In this document: positions 38,379-46,883 of the stretch, in pieces
Numbering within the stretch: the stretch's first letter is position 1
How the letters are laid out: each line of letters starts with the position of its first letter
Source of the DNA: Methanobacteriota archaeon
Lineage (GTDB): Archaea > Thermoplasmatota > Thermoplasmata > SG8-5 > JAGLSY01
NCBI GenBank assembly: GCA_020697715.1
Contig: JAEHCO010000001.1
Location: forward strand, 416,001-480,000
Length of the DNA stretch: 64,000 nucleotides
Direction of reading: 5' to 3'
Made by a program: the position numbers and the translations under genes
The notes under the pieces: model-generated
Database searches by the model: none
Seen by the model: only the letters and a program-made list of their open reading frames with translations
Told to the model about the DNA's origin: nothing

Positions 38379-39500
38379 TCAGTCCCTCAGCATGTACTCT
38401 TCGACCAGTTCCTTGGCCTTCTCTCTTTTTTCCTGATGGTCCACGATGAAATCCGTGACCTTCTGGGTGAGGTATTGCTTGCAATGACCGCATAGCAATT
38501 CTCCTGATCGGCACTTGGCCTTTCGATCATTCAATGACCCATCATCCCAGTCGAAGAAATAATAAAGATATTGATACACGGCGCAGACATCGGGATCCCC
38601 GCCCTTCTCCCTCTGCTCCTCCACGCTGACACAACCACCAGTGAAGGCACTGCCGATCTTCTTCTTGATCTGCTTCGGAGTGTCTGTGGTGTAGATCGCG
38701 CTGGAAGACACGGAGGCGGACATTTTATCAGAGCCTGCAAGGCTGGGCAGCATCTTACAGTGAATGAGCGCGGGCTTGAAGTACCCGATCTTGTCCGCGA
38801 TATCCCTGGTCACCCGGAAATGCGGGTCCTGGTCTATGGCGCATGGGATCAGACATGGAATGTTCTTCCCCTTCAATTCCGATGGTAGAAAAGCTGTAGC
38901 GGCCTGCATGCTGGTGAACCAGATACTTCCGATATTCGTGCTGTTCTCGAATCCAAAAACTGCTTTCGTGGTGCTGAAATTAACTCGCTTGGCGACCTTG
39001 ATCGCGATATTGTACATGGTCTTCGCATATTCCGTATCCAGGAATATGTGAGTTTTATCCTTGTCAAAACCAAGAGCGATTATGTCCAGTATGTTCTCGT
39101 ATGCGAATCTCTTTGTATCTTCAAGCTCCAGATCCTGGCCGAACATGTATTTCTCATCGTCCGTGAGCTGGAAATACAACTCCACTCCGAATTTATCCTG
39201 AAGCCATTTGGTGAAGACCCAGGGCATCAGATGTCCAAGGTGCGTGTGTCCGGATGGTCCGCGCCCGGTGTACAGCACGAATCCGGGCCCTTTTTCATGT
39301 GCATCCAGTATCCATTTCATGTCCCTGTGGGAATAGAATATCCCTCTTTTCAGCATTGGGTGAAGCTCACCAGTATGTTGAACCATTCGCTCGATAAGCT
39401 CCGCATCTATCTTGCTTGTTCCGAAACGTTCGGTGAGCTTGTCATAGTCAACATCTCCCTTCACTTCCCAGGGGGTTACGATGAATTTATCTTCAGCCAT
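38379..39500 (-). CDS. trpS: Tryptophanyl-tRNA synthetase (archaeal/eukaryotic type)
   Basis: VTPWEV, YTGRGPS..HLGH, TDDEK, IDQDPHFR and KMSAS. Confidence 0.96.
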   Translation of the reverse strand: MAEDKFIVTPWEVKGDVDYDKLTERFGTSKIDAELIERMVQHTGELHPMLKRGIFYSHRDMKWILDAHEKGPGFVLYTGRGPSGHTHLGHLMPWVFTKWLQDKFGVELYFQLTDDEKYMFGQDLELEDTKRFAYENILDIIALGFDKDKTHIFLDTEYAKTMYNIAIKVAKRVNFSTTKAVFGFENSTNIGSIWFTSMQAATAFLPSELKGKNIPCLIPCAIDQDPHFRVTRDIADKIGYFKPALIHCKMLPSLAGSDKMSASVSSSAIYTTDTPKQIKKKIGSAFTGGCVSVEEQREKGGDPDVCAVYQYLYYFFDWDDGSLNDRKAKCRSGELLCGHCKQYLTQKVTDFIVDHQEKREKAKELVEEYMLRD

Positions 39501-39634
39501 ATTATCACCAATTGATATTTGCCTAATAAAGGTAATCTAATTAAAGTTTATTCCAATCGCCTACTTTCTAATCGCCTATTTTCTATATATTACTAGCGAT
39601 TAGAAAAACTAATACGATTCCCATTATTTTATCT

Positions 39635-40120
39635 TCAGAGTATTTGTTTCGATCTTTTCCTGACACTTCTCAATTCAGACCCACATATTGGACAATCGGG
39701 CATCTCCTCATCATAGAACTTGCCACAGCCACGGCAACGCCATCGCCATGTGAAGACCTCTTTGATGCCCTTCTCCACGCCGGCATTGAATTTTATGCCC
39801 AATGCCGTCGCGACATTCTGTACAGAATAATCATCGCTCAGAACTGTACCATCCATCTCAAGGGCCAGTGCCAGGATATCGATATCTGTTTTGGATAATC
39901 TTCCAATGTCTCCAGTCTCTCTGGCCTTCGCCTCGATCTGCTCCACATTTCCGGGTGCGGGATCCATGACCTTGATAGAAATATCCACTAAAAGGTCGAG
40001 ATCCTTGGCCTGTTTCCCCCTGGATATTTCATCCTTCACCGATGAGGTCATGTACCATTCATATTCCCCAGATAATGTCATTCCACTTCTGATGGCCGTC
40101 GCGTCAAGTATGTATCTCAC
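39635..40120 (-). CDS. nob1: Nob1 PIN-domain rRNA endonuclease
   Basis: ILDATA, LSKTDIDILALA, SDDYSVQNVA and CRGC...CPICG. Confidence 0.92.
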   Translation of the reverse strand: MRYILDATAIRSGMTLSGEYEWYMTSSVKDEISRGKQAKDLDLLVDISIKVMDPAPGNVEQIEAKARETGDIGRLSKTDIDILALALEMDGTVLSDDYSVQNVATALGIKFNAGVEKGIKEVFTWRWRCRGCGKFYDEEMPDCPICGSELRSVRKRSKQIL

Positions 40121-40176
40121 GCTTCAACATGGTGATTCAGGCCTTAAGATTTTTCCACGGAAGAAATGAGCGATGA

Positions 40177-40767
40177 TCAAGGTAGAAGTTTATCAATTTC
40201 TTCCATCAGTACGGTGTCCTGTGTCACTCCAACATTCCTGTATGTTATGTGCCCGGTCTGATCGACGATCACGATAGTCGGAATGGTCTTCGCATTATAA
40301 ACTGGCAGGGAGCCGACACTTCCGCCATCTCTGAGAACGTCCCAGGTGATATCCTTCTGAATTTTATAGTTGGAGATCAAGCTTTCGCTTTCTCTATCAT
40401 CCACATCGATAGACAAGATGACCACTTGGGATGGAGAATACGCATCCTGGACATTCTCCAATTCTATCATCTGGGTCGCACAAGGCGCACACCAAGTTGC
40501 CATGAAGTCCAGAACCACCACTCTTCCTCTGAGGCTGGATAATTGTAATATTCCTCCATCATCCACCACGGGCAGGCTGAAATCCGGAGCCAGGGTCATG
40601 TCCGTTCCACCATCGACAGGGACTTGGTAATCATTCCCATCATAGGGCTGTTGCTCATCCGAATCCAAATATACGAAGGTCGCCATCAAAACGAGGGCGG
40701 CCACAGCAACTGCCATAAACATCAATTCCGTCTGTTTCATTTTATCATATGATAATAATTCGCTCAT
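40177..40767 (-). CDS. Membrane-anchored TlpA/ResA-like redoxin
   Basis: TM anchor, APDFSL, LDFMATWCAPC and IPT. Confidence 0.88.
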   Translation of the reverse strand: MSELLSYDKMKQTELMFMAVAVAALVLMATFVYLDSDEQQPYDGNDYQVPVDGGTDMTLAPDFSLPVVDDGGILQLSSLRGRVVVLDFMATWCAPCATQMIELENVQDAYSPSQVVILSIDVDDRESESLISNYKIQKDITWDVLRDGGSVGSLPVYNAKTIPTIVIVDQTGHITYRNVGVTQDTVLMEEIDKLLP

Positions 40768-40888
40768 TGATATAATGCTTATCCCTTCTTAATGAAGATA
40801 AAATGGGGCCAGACCTTGATGCCTCTACCTCTTTTGATATGAAAAATGAATAGAAACATTCATTACTGCCGGTAACCATCCAGTGCCA

Positions 40889-41500
40889 ATGAAGAACCTC
40901 GACGAGATAGCCGAGAAAATAGAAGCCGATATGGATGAGAAGGACGAGGTAAGAGAAGTAGCTCTTAAATCATCCAGAAGTGTTATCAGATTATGTAGTT
41001 CCGCTATAAGGATGATCCATAAAGATGCGGATAAGGCAACGGAATACATCGATGAGGCCAAGGAAGAGCTTCACAGATTGAGAGGGATAACCAATGATTT
41101 TCCAGCTCTTTTCCACTCTGGCTTTGTCGAGACCGCGATGCAGGAATTCGTCGAGGCCAAGGTCCTAAACGCCATAATCCATAATGAAGACATCCCGGAT
41201 CCAGATAGTCTGGGAGTGACCAGTGAAGGATATCTTCTTGGTATGGGGGATGTCATCGGAGAGCTAAGGCGCAGAGCTGTGGATAATTTACGACATGGCA
41301 ATATGGAAATATCCTCCGATTGCCTGGATATGATGGAAGAGCTATACGAGTTCTTGATGAGATTCCATTATCCTAGTAGCATGGTGGCCATAAAAAGGAA
41401 ACAGGATATAGCCCGTGGTGTGATCGAAAAGACCCGCGGGGAAGTGGCTGTTTCCATGAGAGCTCATTCACTGGAGAGGAAGATATCGGAATCCAAATAG
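40889..41500 (+). CDS. Translin/TRAX family protein
   Basis: RE.ALKSSR, QEFVEA, YLLGMGDVIGELRR and KRKQDIAR. Confidence 0.88.
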   Translation: MKNLDEIAEKIEADMDEKDEVREVALKSSRSVIRLCSSAIRMIHKDADKATEYIDEAKEELHRLRGITNDFPALFHSGFVETAMQEFVEAKVLNAIIHNEDIPDPDSLGVTSEGYLLGMGDVIGELRRRAVDNLRHGNMEISSDCLDMMEELYEFLMRFHYPSSMVAIKRKQDIARGVIEKTRGEVAVSMRAHSLERKISESK

Positions 41501-41507
41501 GTGTAGC

Positions 41508-42584
41508 ATGGTAGAACAAAAATGCATGATAGTTCATAATCAGAATCACATAGTGCATAGATCGGAGACAACAAGTCCCGAGAACCCGGCCAGAGTATTG
41601 AGGATATTGAGCTTCCTCGATGGTAGATTGAAACTCTTCAAGTCCGGTGAGTTTCAATTGCGAACTGATTTTCCAGATGCGACGGATGAGCAGATACTCA
41701 GGGTCCATGATGAAGAATATTTCAATTTCATAAAGAGATATTGCGAGAATGGAGGGGGCTTTCTCGGAGATAGCACATATTTCGCTCCGTATAGTTTCAA
41801 AGCCGCTAAGAGCGCGGCAGGCGGGGCTATCAAAGCTTCCGATGTCGTGATAGACGGCGAAGTGGATACATCCTTGGCCTTGATCCGGCCACCTGGCCAT
41901 CATGCAAGCAGTGATAAATTCGGTGGCTACTGCATATTCAACAATGCGGCTATCGCAGTACGGAATCTACAGAGTGCGGGCAAGGCGAAGAAGATAATGA
42001 TCCTGGATTTCGACGCCCATGCCGGTAATGGCACAATGCGAGTGTTCTATGACGACCCCAATGTGCTGACCCTTTCCGTACACAGGGATCCTCAGGATTT
42101 CTATCCTCATGATGGCTTCCTTCATCAGATAGGCCGTGGGGATGGTAGAGGATACAATGTGAACATGGAGATGCCTGAAGGAAGTGGCGATGATGATTAT
42201 CTTATGGTTTTCAATCAAATAATCAAACCCATTCACGACTCCTTCTCACCCGATTTCCTGATAACGTCAGTTGGCTTTGACGCCCATTACAGTGATCTAC
42301 AATCCAATATGCAACTCACATCTCATGGCTATTTCGATCTGATAAGAATGACCAAAAAATTACGAAAGGGAAAGCTCCCAGTCATTTTAGAGGGTGGCTA
42401 TACCTCGGAGAATGCTTCTCTCGCGCATACCATTCTTTGCGCTCTTTCAGATAAAACTCCACCTTATGAGGATGATGTCGACAGTCTTAGCAGCTCTATC
42501 ACCAGGACGAGAAAGTCCAGAAGCATACTGGAAGATAATATAAAAGAGCTCAAGATCCTTTTACATGATTATCACACCATCTGA
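41508..42584 (+). CDS. Histone deacetylase family protein (second paralogue)
   Basis: PENPAR, RPPGHHA, GYCIFNN, DFDAHAGNGT, GFDAH and LEGGY. Confidence 0.92.
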   Translation: MVEQKCMIVHNQNHIVHRSETTSPENPARVLRILSFLDGRLKLFKSGEFQLRTDFPDATDEQILRVHDEEYFNFIKRYCENGGGFLGDSTYFAPYSFKAAKSAAGGAIKASDVVIDGEVDTSLALIRPPGHHASSDKFGGYCIFNNAAIAVRNLQSAGKAKKIMILDFDAHAGNGTMRVFYDDPNVLTLSVHRDPQDFYPHDGFLHQIGRGDGRGYNVNMEMPEGSGDDDYLMVFNQIIKPIHDSFSPDFLITSVGFDAHYSDLQSNMQLTSHGYFDLIRMTKKLRKGKLPVILEGGYTSENASLAHTILCALSDKTPPYEDDVDSLSSSITRTRKSRSILEDNIKELKILLHDYHTI

Positions 42585-42786
42585 TGTGACAGTTGTATAT
42601 ACAGGCGTATTTACATATATACATATTTTAATAAATTATATTACAATAAGATAGATAATAGATATCATATATTATGTATAATCATATAATTGTATAATTT
42701 TGTATATCTTGATCTTCTTGATCTAAAAATGCAAATTCGACAAAACATAGTAAGGCATATTAATATTCACTTGCATATCCCAAAAG

Positions 42787-43089
42787 ATGCGGGTGATGAA
42801 GAAGAAGATTTGGATCCATAAGAACGAGGTGATAGAGAGCCTCGTCATAGCGGAAGGCTCCAAGATCAAATTTTATTCACACACTTACCTTGTGAGAGAG
42901 CGCTCTCGAGGATGGAGGCCCTATGTGAAGTGGGATAATTGGGAGGGGCAACCACATGTGGATAAATTCGATGCGAATGAAACCCTGATCGAACAAAAGC
43001 CTTGCAATGAGAAAGGCCTGGAAGAGGTGATCAAGCTTGTCAAGATCTTCAGAAGGAACTTGATAACCATGGACCTTTCCCAGCTATAG
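42787..43089 (+). CDS. Putative toxin-like protein (DUF6516/TumE-like)
   Basis: YVKWDNWEGQPHVDKF resembles the RYDN.H..PH motif. Lies directly upstream of an HTH gene. Confidence 0.5.
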   Translation: MRVMKKKIWIHKNEVIESLVIAEGSKIKFYSHTYLVRERSRGWRPYVKWDNWEGQPHVDKFDANETLIEQKPCNEKGLEEVIKLVKIFRRNLITMDLSQL

Positions 43090-43104
43090 TGAAGGAATCA
43101 TCAT

Positions 43105-43536
43105 ATGTACGTGAACATCAAGAAGATCAAGGATCCCGAAATAGTGATCGAGGAATTCCAGGATCAGTATGGTACGATAAACTCCCTATCTCAAAGGGTG
43201 TCGATATCCAAATGCACCACGAAGAACGAGATGGAAGACCTGATGGTGTGGAAGTACCTCAAATCAGGGGCTGTGTTCGAGGAAGAGATCGTCCTTCACA
43301 ATTCCGATATATTCGACGTCCTCACCCCGAAAAGGATGGAATTGGTGGATTATTTGACAAAGAACAAGGCGTCCTCTATACGGAAACTCTCTGAAGCCGT
43401 GCATCGTAATTACAAGAACACTTACGATGATCTCCTCGCCCTTGAGAAGATGGGCCTTGTGGAATTCAAACGCTCGGGGAAGAGCAGGATCCCGATATCT
43501 TTCGTCATCCGTGTGGAGACTGTTTTCGAACATTGA
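43105..43536 (+). CDS. HVO_A0114/COG4190-like wHTH regulator (putative antitoxin)
   Basis: VLTPKRMELV..L, SIRKLSEAVHRNYKNTYDDL..LE..GLVEF and G.SRIP. Confidence 0.75.
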   Translation: MYVNIKKIKDPEIVIEEFQDQYGTINSLSQRVSISKCTTKNEMEDLMVWKYLKSGAVFEEEIVLHNSDIFDVLTPKRMELVDYLTKNKASSIRKLSEAVHRNYKNTYDDLLALEKMGLVEFKRSGKSRIPISFVIRVETVFEH

Positions 43537-43754
43537 TGTTACATCGATGTTAGATATGTTCATTTCATTTACTTCTTATACCATAATACACTAATTATTT
43601 ATACTGGCTAAGCTCATTCACTTCTCACACCATAATAAATTCCATACGAAATATATATATGGGGGAATATCATTAACTATAATATCGAACCAATGGATAA
43701 ATCGCACTTAGTTTGACTAAAAAAGAGATATAAAATTACCAAGAGGATGAAAGA

Positions 43755-44276
43755 ATGAAGGCACAGAAATACGAAGACGTGGAATTCATCATTGATCAAA
43801 AAACAGATAATTTCAAAGCAAACCTTATCTGGAAAAAGGGAGGTCTCTACCTCTCTCTCTCGGGTTTGTTCTTGACCGATGGAACCACGTGGTACGAATT
43901 GCCAGTCAAGGATCTTGATAATATTTCCATCATAAGGGAAGAACCTCTGAAGTTGAAATTCAAAATCCCATCTTTCGATGTCACCATCTCGGGCGATCAC
44001 GCTGAGAGACTTCTCGCTCTGAGGCATTTCCTTCTGCCTTACATATCTGGCAGAATTCATGGTAGTGAGATGAAAGCCCTTCTGAAACTATGGGCCATCG
44101 GAGTGCGTGAACCCACCATTCTTAAGAAATTACTTGGTGTTGATGAAGAAAAGGTATTGGAACTTATAGCAAAAGCAAGGAAAGACAATATACTACATCA
44201 GAACGGTGATATTGGACCCAATGGGAACAATATGCTTACGGATGATGAAAGGGAGTTTCTAGGCCTGGAGGACTGA
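43755..44276 (+). CDS. Hypothetical protein, PH-like beta domain plus HTH-like C-terminus
   Basis: GLYLSLSGLFL...YELPVKDL..I pattern followed by a helical LLGVDEEKV segment. First gene of the operon. Confidence 0.6.
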   Translation: MKAQKYEDVEFIIDQKTDNFKANLIWKKGGLYLSLSGLFLTDGTTWYELPVKDLDNISIIREEPLKLKFKIPSFDVTISGDHAERLLALRHFLLPYISGRIHGSEMKALLKLWAIGVREPTILKKLLGVDEEKVLELIAKARKDNILHQNGDIGPNGNNMLTDDEREFLGLED

Positions 44277-44277
44277 A

Positions 44278-45165
44278 ATGGAAGATGCTAATGATTTCGG
44301 GAGCTTCGCCGAGGCTATCAACACATTGGGAACCCTGAATAAATTGGAATCCGCCATAACGAGCGCTATCAACTCATCCAAAGTTCCTCCAAAGGAGATC
44401 AGGAAATTTATGAAATGCTCTTCCGTGGAAGAGGCCAGCAACACACCTTTATTCCAGTTCATGGAGATACTCTTCAAAAAAATAGGATTGGGAACCCTCA
44501 AACTTTCCCAGAATGATATTTTCAATTACGTGTTCACAGTACCGGATTCCACAGTAAGTCGCCTTTACTCGAATGTGAAGAATAAGAAGGTGTGTTACAC
44601 CCTGTCTGAAGCTCTTCAACAATTCTTTGAAAAGGATCTCGGGATCCCTGGTAATGTTGAGGAGATAAAATGCGTCAATCATGGTAGCGATGTCTGTGAA
44701 TTCTCGGTCACCATGCAGCCATTGGCGGTCTACCATCACGTGCTCGACACTGATGATCGGGACATAATAGGACATCTGATCGAGTCCCAGAACACTCGAT
44801 CTCTTGCAGACGATATAGGTCTGCATGAGGAAGAACTGAAGTTCAGGATAGAATCATTGAGAAGGTATCACATATTGAATGATGAGAACGAAGTGACCGA
44901 GATAGGCGAGACCTATTTCAAATACGGCAGAAAATCCACAGACATTGAAGAGGACTTCCCGCCGCCATGGAAAGATATGGCGGAGATAAGCATGGCCATA
45001 TCCGCATCCACATCTTTCGCCGAGGCTTTCCTGGAGACGAACAGGAAAGAGCCAGTGGTGGAAGATGTGAAGGATGATGCCATAGTGAACCTCACCGAGG
45101 AGGCTGAAAAGAGTACCAGCTTTGCAGAATTACTATCAAAATCAATCAAGAAAGAGGAAAACTAG
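44278..45165 (+). CDS. V4R-domain + wHTH protein
   Basis: GLG, KVC, EEIKCVNHGSDVCEF (V4R) and DRDIIGHL...LADDIGL...LRRYHIL....VTEIGE (wHTH). Confidence 0.75.
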   Translation: MEDANDFGSFAEAINTLGTLNKLESAITSAINSSKVPPKEIRKFMKCSSVEEASNTPLFQFMEILFKKIGLGTLKLSQNDIFNYVFTVPDSTVSRLYSNVKNKKVCYTLSEALQQFFEKDLGIPGNVEEIKCVNHGSDVCEFSVTMQPLAVYHHVLDTDDRDIIGHLIESQNTRSLADDIGLHEEELKFRIESLRRYHILNDENEVTEIGETYFKYGRKSTDIEEDFPPPWKDMAEISMAISASTSFAEAFLETNRKEPVVEDVKDDAIVNLTEEAEKSTSFAELLSKSIKKEEN

Positions 45166-45176
45166 GAGGGTTGAGA

Positions 45177-46055
45177 ATGAGCGAAAGAATAAAGACAGGA
45201 ATATTTGGGCTTGACCAGCTGATGGAGGGCGGTATGAGAGACAATACCGCTGTCGTCATAGTCGGTTCAAGCGGTACTGGAAAAACGACTTTTGCTATCC
45301 AGTTCTTGATGCACGGCATTGAGAATGGGGAGCAGGGTCTTTATGTGACGATGGAGGAATCTCCAGAGCAGATAATGAAGGAAGCTGAAATGATGGGTTG
45401 GAACATGAAAGAGCACTATGAAAAGTCTCTTTTCTTCATCCATCTGAAAGGTCAGAACTTCAAGAAGATGATAGAGGAAAAATTACCTCAGCTGGTCAAG
45501 GCCAGAAGTGATTATGACATCAGAACAAGAGTTGTCATAGATCCAATGACCCCGGTTATCTGGGCGACAGAGGATAAGCTTCTGCAAAGGGAATTGATAG
45601 GTAAACTCTTCTACACCTTGAAAGAGCTTGGTGTGGTCATGGCCACGGTGGAGGAGCATTCCAGCCCCGGAGAGATGATCGGCGAGGATGTTCTACTGCC
45701 AGTATATCTTTCCGATGGTGCGATCAATCTGGAATATTATCCTATCGGTGGAGCTTTCAACAGGACCTTGAAGATAGTTAAAATGAGAGGAACCCACCAT
45801 GGGGAAGGTGTATATCCATACATTTTCGCCAGGGGCGCGGGTGCTATTGTCAGATCATCTCCGACCGAAAGCACAAGGGCTGACGACGGTATGAGCTATG
45901 ACGAGGTATTCGACGAGGCTATAAAAACAGCCGAATTCATAAAAGCTCCAGCATATGTGATGGAGAAATTGAAGACGATGAAAGCCAACTGGACATATGA
46001 CTACTCTCCTGAAGAGATATTGCAGGTGGTATTCGACTCATATGACCTGAAATAG
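45177..46055 (+). CDS. Single-domain KaiC/RAD55-like ATPase
   Basis: RIKTGIFGLD, GSSGTGKT, YVTMEES, RVVID, SDG.I.L and KMRG, plus a ~65-aa C-terminal extension. Confidence 0.93.
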   Translation: MSERIKTGIFGLDQLMEGGMRDNTAVVIVGSSGTGKTTFAIQFLMHGIENGEQGLYVTMEESPEQIMKEAEMMGWNMKEHYEKSLFFIHLKGQNFKKMIEEKLPQLVKARSDYDIRTRVVIDPMTPVIWATEDKLLQRELIGKLFYTLKELGVVMATVEEHSSPGEMIGEDVLLPVYLSDGAINLEYYPIGGAFNRTLKIVKMRGTHHGEGVYPYIFARGAGAIVRSSPTESTRADDGMSYDEVFDEAIKTAEFIKAPAYVMEKLKTMKANWTYDYSPEEILQVVFDSYDLK

Positions 46056-46079
46056 ATCCAATAAAATCAAGGTGATCAT

Positions 46080-46871
46080 ATGGTTGACCAAAAGAATATC
46101 GATAAGAGGATGGAAGCCAAGAACGTGGTACAGCTGAAGCACATGCTGGTCATGGAGCTTAACCAGGTCAAGGAAGAGAACAATATCGATATAGTCATGT
46201 TCATGGGAGTTGATGGAAGAGTATTCTCATCCATAATCCCACCGATCTTGGATGCACCTCAATTCAAGCTTCTCAACCTTGTAAAATCAAATATGGTTCA
46301 TATATGCCGTCAATTAGATGCGGAGAATATGAAATCCAGTATTCAGGAATACAGCTTTGGAACAGTCATAATAACAGGTGTGGGAGATAATGCATTTCTG
46401 GCATCTTTATTCGTGAACCCGCCAGCCAGTGATGAATTGGGCAAGGTCACGAGCAATCTCGTCAGAGGTAGCAGGGTGATGAACCATCTCTTCCAGTTAA
46501 AACCAATCTCGGATGAATATATGGAAGGCTATGACCAAGATGTGATGGACGAGCTCACAGGCCTTACGAGACGTCTGTTCGTGGAGAAATTTGATGAGAC
46601 CAGGGGATACAAGCGAAATATGGAGATCCTCGAATATCTCAAAAAGAAGATCGGAAGTGTGGTGGGTATAGGTGCCGTTGATGAAGTAATAACCCTGACA
46701 ATGAATGAACTTGGTGCCAGAGCGGCTTATATGAAAAATCAGCAATGGGTGACCTTTACCGAGATGGCTATAAACAACCACATTCGAAAATCTGCAGGAG
46801 ATATCGTGGCAGATGAATGCTTGAAAACCTGGATAGAGGAAGTTGAAAGAAAATTGAAGTCCTTCGTTTGA
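46080..46871 (+). CDS. Roadblock/LC7-like domain protein with a helical C-terminal domain
   Basis: IDIVMFMGVDGRVFSS...SIQEYSFGTVIITGVGDNAFLASL matches the roadblock/MglB beta pattern. Confidence 0.7.
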   Translation: MVDQKNIDKRMEAKNVVQLKHMLVMELNQVKEENNIDIVMFMGVDGRVFSSIIPPILDAPQFKLLNLVKSNMVHICRQLDAENMKSSIQEYSFGTVIITGVGDNAFLASLFVNPPASDELGKVTSNLVRGSRVMNHLFQLKPISDEYMEGYDQDVMDELTGLTRRLFVEKFDETRGYKRNMEILEYLKKKIGSVVGIGAVDEVITLTMNELGARAAYMKNQQWVTFTEMAINNHIRKSAGDIVADECLKTWIEEVERKLKSFV

Positions 46872-46883
46872 TAAGGTGTAGGG

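Noticed and set aside
38377-38514. N-terminal extension of wecB; similar extensions on eIF2alpha, the first HDAC and tldD
   Set aside because: ORF-caller artefacts that overlap or abut upstream genes. Family motifs and SD sites support the downstream starts.
45177-46055. Circadian clock kaiC
   Set aside because: Only a single ATPase domain and no kaiA/kaiB nearby, so a clock function is unsupported.
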